From the NCBI GenBank assembly GCA_965204735.1, contig OZ242008.1, forward strand, positions 3,360,001 through 3,424,000: a stretch of 64,000 nucleotides of DNA, read 5' to 3'. Positions 44,401 to 52,729 of the stretch are shown piece after piece; the stretch's first letter is position 1, and each line of letters opens with the position of its first letter. The notes beneath the pieces are model-generated. The model saw nothing but the letters and a program-made list of their open reading frames with translations, made no database searches and had not been told where the DNA came from. This DNA comes from Longimicrobiales bacterium. GTDB taxonomy: Bacteria > Gemmatimonadota > Gemmatimonadetes > Longimicrobiales > Gaopeijiaceae. Position numbers and translations under genes: made by a program.

Positions 44401-44758
44401 GGCCCACGGCATCGCGTCGCACTGGGAGGTGTGGATGGTGGAGTCGGCTTCGGACCCCATGACGGCGCTGGAGGTGGCGAGCGTGCACGGCGCCGTCTTC
44501 CTGGGGGCGGAGCAGGACATCGGCACGATCGAGCCCGGCAAGCTCGCCGACCTGCTGGTGCTCGACTCCAACCCCTTGGACGACATCCGCAACACGACCG
44601 ACATCCTGTACGTGGTGCAGGGCGGGATCGTGCGGGATGCGACGACCTTGGACGAGGTGTGGCCGACCCGCGCGCCCTACGGCGAGCGCTGGTGGGTGGA
44701 GCCGGACGCCTGGCGGATGGACGACCGCCCGGTGGACTACTGGGACCGGAGGCGGTAG
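41402..44758 (+). CDS. Secreted PD40/TolB-like beta-propeller + amidohydrolase protein
   Basis: GGAGG + GTG, signal peptide, 'EGTWMSMDISPDG', repeated WSPDG, amidohydrolase 'PGFVDMHAH', 'GSHG', 'GTIEPGKLADL'. Confidence 0.9.
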   Translation: MHASAFTASAFFTVSAFAVATLAAMSPAPIFAQDDAQQDQSEEWDVTLARGETKEIDFTTDEGTWMSMDISPDGRWIAFDLLGHVYRVPADGGGEAELLTGGTGVATHYHPRYSPDGASIAFISDRKGQNNLWIMDADGSNPRPIFEEPMVRALEPAWSADGDYIFVRRQSLASGFGAGEGGIWMYHKDGGKGVQVVGDQPQAAWPSPSKDGRYLYFHVYTGPAGLQGRDAMAGHWQVRRIDLETGEVTRVTDGTAAQQVRASSGSAYAAEVSPDGRYLAFARRIAGGTISYRGHAFGPRAALWIRDLETGRERVAMDPITIDNAEGIKTLRILPGYAWTADGSGIVVTQGGQIRRLDVGSGDVTTVPFTARVQRTVSEMARASFRIDDSPFQAKMLRWYGASPDRSRIAFQAVGRVWIAAADGGQPERLTTGTGPFEYSPAWSPDGQWIAYATWDGADGGHIWKARADGGGSGPQQLTTSSSEYVHPVWSPDGSEIVATRGSGAASRARSATQNPYWELWRVPADGNGETRIMTLPRGVEGLLGNRRQIVRASFGPGGRIYFPSRHTPEEGETVTALMSVRGDGSELRAHATIPFGDEFVISPDGDRVAFQEGDNVFWAPLPPGGSGGEPVALKKEGAPVPVSRLTTEGGLYPRWRTNDELEYGSGGRFFVHDAEAGTTDTVFIDLQVPRRVPEGVLALTNARIVTLHDREVIDGGTVLVDGSRIACVGECDTSGASETLDMTGKTIIPGFVDMHAHHYREHRGLIPKHDFESAVYLAYGVTTNLDNSMWSQNVFASGELIRAGEVVGPRTFSTGDPLYRGDGARRNELSSYEAAEQNVNRLASWGATALKQYLQPRRDQRQWVSEIARSKGLMVTSENNDIPYTIGMIMDGHTGFEHPMTYLPMYGDLSRFLGLAGATYSPTFVVGGIGPWNEEYFLAESEAWLDEKQRRWMPWRQVIPHMRRRWIRPETDYSFPLIALGMMDVIEAGGWGAIGSHGQAHGIASHWEVWMVESASDPMTALEVASVHGAVFLGAEQDIGTIEPGKLADLLVLDSNPLDDIRNTTDILYVVQGGIVRDATTLDEVWPTRAPYGERWWVEPDAWRMDDRPVDYWDRRR

Positions 44759-44773
44759 GAGGCGAGAGCGGCT

Positions 44774-44818
44774 ACGACGCCCCGGGGGGACCGGCGTCCG
44801 TCCCCCCGGGCGTGTCGT
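44774..44818. terminator. Stem-loop between convergent genes
   Basis: cccgggggga (44781-44790) pairs perfectly with tccccccggg (44801-44810), with outer acgac/gtcgt. Confidence 0.6.
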
Positions 44819-46077
44819 TACGCTGACTTCTTGGGCTGGTCCGCGGCTTGGTCCCGGCGCCGCATCCCCTTGTCGCGGTCTTCCCTGATGATCTTGAGGA
44901 TGGCGTCGAACTTCGCGTCGGCAGCGGCTCTGTCCCTGTCCCGCTCCGCCTTTTCCTCGGCGCGGGCCTTGTCCCGCTCCCGCTGCTCGGCCTCGAACTT
45001 CGCCCTCTCCTTGGCGCGAGCCTTCTCCCGCTCCCGTTGCTCGGCCTTGAACTTCGCCCTCTCCTCGGCGCGGGCCTTCTCCCGCTCCTGCTGCTGCACC
45101 GCCAATGCGGCCATGTCGGCCTCGAACTTCGCCCTCTCCTTAGCGCGGGCCTTCTCCCGCTCCCGCTGCTCGGCCTCGAACTTCGCCCTCTCCTTGGCGC
45201 GAGCCTTCTCCCGCTCCCGTTGCTGCACCGCAAACGCGGCCATTTCGGCCTCGAACTTCGCCCTCTCCTTGGCGCGAGCCTTCTCCCGCTCCCGTTGCTG
45301 CACCGCCAATGCGGCCATGTCGGCCTCGAACTTCGCCCTCTCCTCGGCGCGAGCCTTCTCCCGCTCCCGCTGCTGCACCGCCAATGCGGCCATGTCGGCC
45401 TCGAACTTCGCCCTCTCCTCGGCGCGAGCCTTCTCCCGCTCCCGCTGCTGCACCCCCAACGCGGCCATGTCGGCCTCGAACTTCGCCCTCTCCTTGGCGC
45501 GAGCCTCGTCCCGCTCCCGCTGCTGCACCGCCAACGCAGCCATTTCGGCCTCGAACTTCGCCCTCTCCTCGGCGCGGGCCTTGTCCCGATCCTGCTGCCG
45601 CACCCCGAACGCAGTCATTTTGGCCTCGAGCTTGGCAACCAGCTCCCGCTGTTCCTCGCCCAACGCAGCCAGCTTGGCGGTGAAGTCGGCATCCATCTTG
45701 TCGAACCGCTTGTCCATCCTGTCGCCGAGCCGGTCCACCTTCTGGTTGAGCTGACGCAGGTCGTTGTCGCGAAGAATCTGGATCTCGCGACGAATCTCCT
45801 CCGCCATCTCTCGCCGTACCGCCTCGACGCGCTGATTCGTCTGCCGCTGCGCCTCCCCAATCATCTTGCTCGCCTCCCTTCGCGCCTCGCCGACCTGCTC
45901 GCCCGCCTCCCGGCGAACCTCCGCCGTCGCGGACTTGAGGACCGCGATCTGCTCCGTGACTTCGCCCGTCTGCTGCCGCTTGACCGCACGCCTAGCGCGT
46001 CGCGACCGAACTGCGATCCCAACGGCCGCCACGACCACGCCGATCCCCGACACGCCGACCGCCACCTGCTCGAACAT
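44818..46077 (-). CDS. Membrane-anchored coiled-coil protein with charged tandem repeats
   Basis: AAGGAG + ATG; N-terminal hydrophobic helix VAVGVSGIGVVVAAVGIAV followed by an Arg cluster; repeated ERAKFEADMAALAVQQREREKARAE. Confidence 0.7.
   Translation of the reverse strand: MFEQVAVGVSGIGVVVAAVGIAVRSRRARRAVKRQQTGEVTEQIAVLKSATAEVRREAGEQVGEARREASKMIGEAQRQTNQRVEAVRREMAEEIRREIQILRDNDLRQLNQKVDRLGDRMDKRFDKMDADFTAKLAALGEEQRELVAKLEAKMTAFGVRQQDRDKARAEERAKFEAEMAALAVQQRERDEARAKERAKFEADMAALGVQQREREKARAEERAKFEADMAALAVQQREREKARAEERAKFEADMAALAVQQREREKARAKERAKFEAEMAAFAVQQREREKARAKERAKFEAEQREREKARAKERAKFEADMAALAVQQQEREKARAEERAKFKAEQREREKARAKERAKFEAEQRERDKARAEEKAERDRDRAAADAKFDAILKIIREDRDKGMRRRDQAADQPKKSA
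44944..45630. repeat. Coding tandem repeat of 75-bp units interspersed with shorter variants
   Basis: Repeated tcggcctcgaacttcgccctctcc... units. Confidence 0.9.
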
Positions 46078-46175
46078 CCCCGAACTCTCCTTCGCCGAAA
46101 GGTAGGATGCTTGCCGCGTCCCGGACACCCCCGATCGAATTAGGTTCCCGACGCCCTCGCCCTCCAATGTCGCCC

Positions 46176-47231
46176 CTACCTTGGGACATTGGCATGGCTG
46201 AATCGGCCAATAATTCTTGGGGCGCCGTCGGGTCCGAGCGCTTCGGTTACCTTGCGGGACCCGGAGAGGCCTTCCGGAGCCTCTCGACCGACGAGCCGGA
46301 CGGGCTGGTTCGCGAAGAGCGGGGCCGTTGCGCGGTACTCGAAGCCGCCGGCAGCACCCCAGCAGCGTTCCGCCGCGTTCAGGAGAGCGAGCACCGCCAG
46401 AGGAGCGTGGACGAGGAGAGCGGGGTAGCCCTCCGCCTCGGCGTAGGGGCGGTCGTAGTGGATGCGGTGGGCGTTGTAGGTGAGCGCGGAGAAGCGAAAG
46501 AGGGCGACCTCGGTGGGAAGAAAGGACTCCTCCCACGCGGCTGCGTCGAGCTCCGAGGCGGCCTCCGGGGGACTTTCCCTCGGCGGGACAGGCTTCACGG
46601 GTCGTCGGGCGGCATCCGCCCGCGGTGCTGCACGGGCTTGCGGCCCGGCCTCGCGGTACACGATCACCTGTTCCTCCTCCACGCACCGGCGGCTGCCCTG
46701 CCGCACCTCGTGCCGCACGGTGGCGAAGGCCAAGCGACCGCTCCTGCCGACCTTCTCGACCACGCTGGCCACGCGAGACCGCAGCTCTGCAGGCTCGCCG
46801 ACGATCACCGGGCGGAGGGCGCGCAACGAACCACCGGCCCACATGCGCCGAGGCAGGTCCCCGGGCGGCATGAACGCGCCCCGTGCTTCGTGGCCGTCGG
46901 GTCCCAGGCTCGATGCAGGCAGCGGGTCGCGAAAGTAGAGCCAGTGCCAGCCCAGAGGCAGGGGGTCGCCAGGGGAGACGGCTGCGGGGTCTTGGTCCAA
47001 CAGGCCGCGCATAGCGCGAACCGGCCAGGGGTCGATCACGTCCCTTCGGAGTCGTGGGGCGGACCCGGATGGGACCCGTGGGGACCCGGATGGGACCCGG
47101 GCGGACCCAGCTGGAACCCGGGCGGAATCGGCTGGCACCCGCACGGAATCGGCTGGCACCCGCACGGAATCGGCTGGGACCTGCGCAGACCCGCTTGGCA
47201 CCCGTGGCGGTCCGGTCACGAGGCGCTGCAT
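46176..47231 (-). CDS. MaoC/FAS1-like (HTD2-type) hydratase, itaconyl-/mesaconyl-CoA hydratase-like
   Basis: 'LPLGWHWLYF', 'LGPDGH', 'PRRMWAGG', 'LFRFSALTYNAHRIHYD', 'LVHAPL'. The start is uncertain because of the N-terminal repeat. Confidence 0.8.
   Translation of the reverse strand: MQRLVTGPPRVPSGSAQVPADSVRVPADSVRVPADSARVPAGSARVPSGSPRVPSGSAPRLRRDVIDPWPVRAMRGLLDQDPAAVSPGDPLPLGWHWLYFRDPLPASSLGPDGHEARGAFMPPGDLPRRMWAGGSLRALRPVIVGEPAELRSRVASVVEKVGRSGRLAFATVRHEVRQGSRRCVEEEQVIVYREAGPQARAAPRADAARRPVKPVPPRESPPEAASELDAAAWEESFLPTEVALFRFSALTYNAHRIHYDRPYAEAEGYPALLVHAPLAVLALLNAAERCWGAAGGFEYRATAPLFANQPVRLVGREAPEGLSGSRKVTEALGPDGAPRIIGRFSHANVPR
47059..47205. repeat. 21-bp tandem repeat, 7 units
   Basis: Encodes RVPADSV/RVPADSA/RVPAGSA/RVPSGSP on the minus strand. 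Confidence 0.85.
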
Positions 47232-48211
47232 CTCCCCTTGGCGCGCGACTTGGCCAGCGTCTCGCGGGCCGCCGCCACGATGGGACGGTCCACCATCCGG
47301 CCATCGAGAACGACCGGACCGCCGGCGGCTTCCCGGTCCGCTGCGACCACGCGCCTGGCGGCGGCCACGGCGTCGTCGGAGGGGGTGAACGCTCGGTGGA
47401 CCGCCGAGAGCTGCGCCGGGTGGATGACGGCCTTGCCGGAGAAGCCCAGCCGTCGGGCCCGGTCGGCTTCGTCCTGCACGCCGGCCAAGTCGCCCTGGAC
47501 GACCGGAGAAGGCATGTCGAAGGCCGGGACCCGGGCCAGCGACGCGGCGTGGACCACCCGGGAACGAGCGTAGAGCAGAGGCTCCCAGCCGGGCTCGGCG
47601 CCCAGCTCCAGCAGGAGATCGAATCCTCCGAAGACGAGGCCGGCCACAGAACCCTTGGACGAGTCGCCGCCGGCCGCCGCGCCGCCCCCGATCTCCTTCG
47701 CGCTGTCAAGACCGGCCGCCGTCTCGATCATGGGCAACAACGGCAAGCCCTCCGGGAGCATCTCCGCCGCCCGGCACAACCCCAGCCTGGCCCGCACTTT
47801 GGGGATCATCGCCGCGTCGATACGGCCGTCGAGACGACCGTCAGACAGCATCTCCGCGTCGAGTCGCCCGTCCGGCGACTCCAGATCGTTGATGCGGACG
47901 ACCAGCAACGGCCGCCTCTGGTCGGGAGCGTCGGGCCGCTCGGCGCCGACAGGCCCGCCGGCCCCGGGAGCCTCGCCCGCCCTTTGCCCCGCCACTGCCT
48001 GCACACGCCCCGCCAGCAACGCGCGCAGCGCTGCCCGCCCAGCTTCCTTGCGCGCCCGAGGCACTGCGTCCTCCAGGTCGATGCACACGGCGTCGGCGCC
48101 GCTGGCCAAAGCCTTTGCGCACCGGTCGGGGCGGTCCGCCGGCACAAAGAGGATCGAGCGGCATCCCGCAAAGCGGCTGCCGGCTTCCAGACAGCGCTCG
48201 GGCGGCGGCAT
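47216..48211 (-). CDS. HpcH/HpaI aldolase / citrate lyase beta (CitE) family CoA-ester lyase
   Basis: 'RSILFVPA', 'DLEDAV', 'VRIN', 'IPKV', 'MIETAAG', 'GFSGKAVIHPAQ', 'GRMVDRP'. Confidence 0.88.
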   Translation of the reverse strand: MPPPERCLEAGSRFAGCRSILFVPADRPDRCAKALASGADAVCIDLEDAVPRARKEAGRAALRALLAGRVQAVAGQRAGEAPGAGGPVGAERPDAPDQRRPLLVVRINDLESPDGRLDAEMLSDGRLDGRIDAAMIPKVRARLGLCRAAEMLPEGLPLLPMIETAAGLDSAKEIGGGAAAGGDSSKGSVAGLVFGGFDLLLELGAEPGWEPLLYARSRVVHAASLARVPAFDMPSPVVQGDLAGVQDEADRARRLGFSGKAVIHPAQLSAVHRAFTPSDDAVAAARRVVAADREAAGGPVVLDGRMVDRPIVAAARETLAKSRAKGRCSAS

Positions 48212-48238
48212 TCGACGAGCGGCCCTTGCCGTGTCCGG

Positions 48239-49405
48239 TCAGAACGACCTGGGAAGCCCCAGGACGTGCTGCGCGACGTGGGCAAGCACAAGGTTGTTTG
48301 CCACCGGCGCCACCAAGTACAGGCGGGCCTCCCGAAACTTGCGCTCGATGCCGTACTCGACGGCCATGCCCCACCCGCCGAAGGCGTCCATCGCCGCGTT
48401 CGCCGCCTTCCACGCTGCCCGCGACGCCAAGTACTTGGCCGTGTTCGCCTCCGCGCCCGGCGAACCGCCGGCGTCGTAGAGCGCTGCGGCTCGGTCGCGC
48501 ACCGAGGCGGCGGCCCGCACATGCATGTACGCGTCGGCGATGGGGAACTGCACGCCCTGATTCTGCCCGATGGGACGGTCGAACACTTCTCGCTCCCGGG
48601 CGTAGTCGGCTGCCCGGTCCACGAAGTAGAGACCGTCGCCCACGGACTCGGAAGCCAGCAGGATGCGCTCCGCGTTCATTCCCGAGAGGATGCACTCGAA
48701 GCCTTGGCCCTCCGGGCCGATTCGGTTCTCCGCCGGGACCTCCAGGCCGTCGAAGAACACCTCGCTGGTGTCGTGGTTGATCATCGTGGGCACGGGTCTG
48801 GTCCGCAGCGCGTCGCCCGCTTCCCGCAGATCCACCAGGAAGACCGAGAGGCCGCCCGTGCGCTTTGTCGTCCGCGACGCCGGCTCGGTGCGGGCCAGCA
48901 GCAGCATCAGGTCCGAACGCTCCACTCGCGAGATGAAGACCTTCTGCCCGTTCACCACGTAGCGGTCGCCCTTGCGCTGGGCAAAAGTACGGATCTGCGT
49001 GGTGTCGGAGCCGGCGTCGGGCTCGGTGACGGCGAACGCTTGCAGGCGCACTTCGCCCGACGCGACGCCAGGAAGGAACCGGGCCTTCTGCTCGTCGGTG
49101 CCGTGGCGCAGGAGCGTGCCCATCGTGTACATCTGGGCGTGGCAGGCCGCCGCGTTGGCGCCGGACCGGTTGATCTCCTCCAAGATCACGCACGCCTCGA
49201 CGAGCCCGAGCCCCGCGCCCCCGTAGGCTTCCGGGATCAGGCACGCCAAGTAGCCTGCCTCGGTCAGGGCGGCGACGAACTCCTCCGGGTAGGCCCGGGC
49301 CTCGTCGGCCTTGCGCCAGTACTCGTTGCCGAAGCGAGCGCAGAGGTCGCGGACCGCAGCGGCAAGTCCGTCCGCCGAAGAATCGCCGCCGCCCGCCCCG
49401 CTCAC
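48239..49405 (-). CDS. Acyl-CoA dehydrogenase
   Basis: 'IPEAYGGAG', 'AVTEPDAGSD', 'NGQKVFIS', 'R.VFDRPIGQNQGVQF', 'GGWG...IERKFRE'; GTGA overlap with the upstream gene. Confidence 0.92.
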   Translation of the reverse strand: MSGAGGGDSSADGLAAAVRDLCARFGNEYWRKADEARAYPEEFVAALTEAGYLACLIPEAYGGAGLGLVEACVILEEINRSGANAAACHAQMYTMGTLLRHGTDEQKARFLPGVASGEVRLQAFAVTEPDAGSDTTQIRTFAQRKGDRYVVNGQKVFISRVERSDLMLLLARTEPASRTTKRTGGLSVFLVDLREAGDALRTRPVPTMINHDTSEVFFDGLEVPAENRIGPEGQGFECILSGMNAERILLASESVGDGLYFVDRAADYAREREVFDRPIGQNQGVQFPIADAYMHVRAAASVRDRAAALYDAGGSPGAEANTAKYLASRAAWKAANAAMDAFGGWGMAVEYGIERKFREARLYLVAPVANNLVLAHVAQHVLGLPRSF

Positions 49406-52400
49406 CGACCCGGGCGACGCATCGGGCTCGCCGCCTCGGACGCCTTGATCGCCGCCTCCACCTGGGCCATCTGCCCGGGACCCCAGCACGAGCGCCAAGG
49501 GTGGTTGACGCACGCCCGTCGGATGCGCTTGCCCAGCTCGGTGCGCATGAAGCGCATGATCACCACCGCGTCGAAGACGGGGAGCTTGCGGACGAACTCC
49601 TCCAGGGGCTTCTGCCAGTTGGAGCCCCACCCGGTATGGATGAACTCGACCCGGACGTGGGGGTGGGTCCGATGCAGCTTCTTGCGGACCTGTTCCTCGG
49701 CCCGCGCCTGCACTTCGTTGCCGCCCACGATCAGCACCTTCACCTCGGGCCGTTCGTCGTGGTCGGCCTCGGCTTCGACCTGCGCCGAAGAGGACGCCAG
49801 GGCGTCGTAGCGGTCCTGCATGTCCTTGTAGATGGATTGGTCGATCCCGAACTGCTTGATCTTCTGCAGTATCCCGTACGCGTCGTGGAGCCCGGCTTCG
49901 GTTCCCTGGCTGGCGTACTGGTGGAAGTAGTCCCGGAGGATCTCCGTGGCCTTGTCGTAGCGGCCCTGGGACTCGTGGCTGTGGGCCAGCGCCATGGCCG
50001 CGTCCTCCCGCGACCACGCGGGCTCGTAGCGGGCCGGATCGGACAGCAGCTCCGCAAGCTCCTCGGCGCCCGCGCCCCGCTGGGCCAGGGACTCCAGGTC
50101 GTTGAGCAGCTCGGCCGCCGCTTCGTGCTCGCCGTTGGCGACGCGGCCGTGCAGGGCGGCCCGCAAGTCGGCGGCGGCCAGGTCGCCGGGCCGGTTCCTC
50201 TTCCGCCCCCGCGCCTGAAGCGCCTCGACCGCCGAACGGCAGTGCTCCAGCACCGGCTCGCTGGCGGCGGCGATGTCCAGCATGGAGTCGTCCTCGGCCC
50301 GGACGACGGTGTTGTACACCAAGCGCTGGGCGTCCTGGTCGGCGAACTCCATGGCGTCCACCAGCGGGGCGACCAAGTAGGGCGGGAGCTTCGCCCCGGC
50401 CTTCATGCCCTCGACCATGATCTGCGGTCCCTGGGCAAGCCCCTCCCGCGAGAGGTTGCCGATGCTGGCGACTCCAAGGTAGAGGTCGGCGTCCGGGCAG
50501 ATCGAAGCGTACCGCTCCCGGCGCCCGAGGAAGGCGGACCGAGCCTTCGAGAGGTGCTCCAGGGCCTCCCTGTAGTCGTCTCCGCCCAGGGCTTCCGCCC
50601 CGCCCTCGGCGGCCCGCGCGACGGCGAGCACGCCCAGGCAGTAGCGTCCGTGGCTGGCTTCGGCCACGTCTTCGGCCGCCGCCGCGCGGAAGTGCTCCTC
50701 GCCGAGCGAGAGCTTCTCCACGATCGTCTCCAGGTCGTCCTGCGCCAGAGGAAGCCGGACCTCCCACAGTGCGCTGAAGCCGCTGGCCACCAGTCCCAGG
50801 TCGGCCTTCACGAGCGACTTCATCTTCTCGTCCAGCTCCAGCTTCAGCAGCGCCCGCAGCGCGGCCTCGGCCCCGTGGCGCTCGTTGAGCTGCCGAAGGC
50901 ACTGGGCTTGTCGACGACGCGCCTCCAGGAACAACGGCGCGCGCGCCGACTCGCCGTCCCCCTCCATGGCTTCGGCGGCCTTGACAAGCAGGTCGAGCAC
51001 CGGTCGGGCCTCTTGGGCGTCCTTCGCCCGCAGTCGGCCGATCGCCGTGTTCAGCAGCAGCTCGTAGAGCTCGAGGCGGCCGGAAAGGGCGGGCATCCGC
51101 ACAAAGCGGGCCAGCTCGGCCAAGCGGCCTTCGTCGGTCAGCGCCCGGACCGTGGGCTCGACGGCTTCGGCGGACGCAAAGTCCGAACCGTCCCCCAGGT
51201 CCCGGACCACGTCTCTGCCGTCGTACTCTCGAACAATGCTCGGCCACGATCGGGTTCGCGCCCAGCCTTGTATGGCGCCGGCCCAGTAGAAGCGCTTGCC
51301 GTCCCGGTCGAGGGCCGGCCCTTCCGGCGCCGGCGACTCTCCGAACACGGTGTCGCGGAACCCGGCGTGGTAGTAGGAGAGCGCCCGTCGGCCGTTGAGG
51401 CGAACGAACTCCTCCACGGCCCGGTCCACCTCGTCGCGCGAAAGGGCGCCGGAGACGCCTTGCGCCGCGTCCAGGATCGCCTGGATCAGCAAGCGGTCAA
51501 GAGAGGTCATGGAGGTCAGCGGCCGCTGGGAGCCGGCGTCCGCCGCCTCGCCCCTGGGACGGGCCGCATCGGCGGGCGAGAGCAACTTGCTCGCCGAAGC
51601 GGCGTCCTCTGGGCCGGCCGAAGAGGCAGGCTCCGACCCGGCGGACAAGCCGCGGCGCTGAATGGCCGAAGAGGCGTCGTCTGGGCCGGTGGGCGGGTCG
51701 CGGTGCGGGACGGCCGAAGCGGCGTCCTCCAGGCCGGCTGGCGAGCCGCGGTGCGGGACGGCCGAAGAGGCATCCTCCAGGCCAGCGCGCAAGCCGCGGC
51801 GCTGAACATCCGAAGAGGCGTCCTCCGGGCCGGCGCGCAAGCCGCGGTCCAGCTTGGTCCCGGAGGCGCGGCCGGGTTTCGCTCCGCGGGCGCCGCTGGG
51901 GGGGATCCGGGAGGCGCGGACTGAAGTGGTCCCGGAGGCGCGGCTGCGGGCGGTCCGCGCGGCGCGGCTGGAAGGCGGCGGGGAAGCGCCGACCACGCCG
52001 GCCTGGGAAGCGGCTCCCTGCTCCGCCACGGCGGCTTCGGGCGCCTTGCCGTTGCCGAGCCGCCGCATCCAGCTCCAGAGGTGGTCGGCCACCGACGCGC
52101 GGCGAAGCGCCAGCACCAGGAAGTAGACGACCACGTTGTGCACGCCGTACTCCGCCATCAGCCGGTCCGCCGCGGCGTGCACTTCGTGCTCCTTGGCGGC
52201 GATCTTGTCGGCAGAGTCGGGAAGTCCTTCTCGGGAACGCGCTCCCAGCAAGTCCAGGAAGCGTCCGAGCATCGCCCGCCGGCCCGTCATGTGAAGCTGC
52301 TCGAGCAGCGAGGACGCCAGCTTGGCCTCAAGGGAGAAGGCCGTCTTCATCCCTCCGGCAAGCTTCGCGTTCGACCACTTCCGCACCGTTTCGGGACGGG

Positions 52401-52641
52401 CGCGCCTTGTGAGGGCGACCATGGTGACGAGGGCGTTGCGGTCCGTGCCCTTGTCCTCCAGAAAGTACTCGGCCGCGAGAGCCCGCTCGTCGGGACGCAA
52501 CGCCTTCCACAGCCCGCTCGCGGTCAGCCGGGCCGGGTTCTCGGCCAGCCGTCCCAGCATGGGCTCCAAGCCGTCCACGCCTCCGTTTCGCCTGTGGGGC
52601 CGACGACCTTCCCTGGGTCCTGCTGCTCCTTCCGCCGCCAT
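49402..52641 (-). CDS. Large helical (TPR-like) hypothetical protein with C-terminal DUF2325-like Rossmannoid domain
   Basis: GGAGG + ATG; 1079 aa; low-complexity repeat linker; C-terminal 'KVLIVGGN...DAVVIMRFMRT'. Confidence 0.65.
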   Translation of the reverse strand: MAAEGAAGPREGRRPHRRNGGVDGLEPMLGRLAENPARLTASGLWKALRPDERALAAEYFLEDKGTDRNALVTMVALTRRARPETVRKWSNAKLAGGMKTAFSLEAKLASSLLEQLHMTGRRAMLGRFLDLLGARSREGLPDSADKIAAKEHEVHAAADRLMAEYGVHNVVVYFLVLALRRASVADHLWSWMRRLGNGKAPEAAVAEQGAASQAGVVGASPPPSSRAARTARSRASGTTSVRASRIPPSGARGAKPGRASGTKLDRGLRAGPEDASSDVQRRGLRAGLEDASSAVPHRGSPAGLEDAASAVPHRDPPTGPDDASSAIQRRGLSAGSEPASSAGPEDAASASKLLSPADAARPRGEAADAGSQRPLTSMTSLDRLLIQAILDAAQGVSGALSRDEVDRAVEEFVRLNGRRALSYYHAGFRDTVFGESPAPEGPALDRDGKRFYWAGAIQGWARTRSWPSIVREYDGRDVVRDLGDGSDFASAEAVEPTVRALTDEGRLAELARFVRMPALSGRLELYELLLNTAIGRLRAKDAQEARPVLDLLVKAAEAMEGDGESARAPLFLEARRRQAQCLRQLNERHGAEAALRALLKLELDEKMKSLVKADLGLVASGFSALWEVRLPLAQDDLETIVEKLSLGEEHFRAAAAEDVAEASHGRYCLGVLAVARAAEGGAEALGGDDYREALEHLSKARSAFLGRRERYASICPDADLYLGVASIGNLSREGLAQGPQIMVEGMKAGAKLPPYLVAPLVDAMEFADQDAQRLVYNTVVRAEDDSMLDIAAASEPVLEHCRSAVEALQARGRKRNRPGDLAAADLRAALHGRVANGEHEAAAELLNDLESLAQRGAGAEELAELLSDPARYEPAWSREDAAMALAHSHESQGRYDKATEILRDYFHQYASQGTEAGLHDAYGILQKIKQFGIDQSIYKDMQDRYDALASSSAQVEAEADHDERPEVKVLIVGGNEVQARAEEQVRKKLHRTHPHVRVEFIHTGWGSNWQKPLEEFVRKLPVFDAVVIMRFMRTELGKRIRRACVNHPWRSCWGPGQMAQVEAAIKASEAASPMRRPGR
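51592..51847. repeat. 48-bp degenerate coding tandem repeat
   Basis: GLRAGPEDASSDVQRR / GLRAGLEDASSAVPHR / GSPAGLEDAASAVPHR / DPPTGPDDASSAIQRR. Confidence 0.8.
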
Positions 52642-52729
52642 TGCTTCCTCCGTGTCGGTGCCTGTCCTTCGGTTTCAGTGCTGCGGTTCAGTGCTGCCCC
52701 CGAGCGCGCACGGGCTCTAGTCCCCGGCT

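Noticed and set aside
44944..47205. CRISPR arrays
   Set aside because: The repeats are contiguous, in-frame coding units without unique spacers, and no cas genes were seen.
37933..51247. Long N-terminal extensions of ORFs 37108..39180, 44818..47709 and 48239..51247
   Set aside because: These are alternative-frame read-throughs over upstream genes; RBS or stop-start overlaps define shorter starts.
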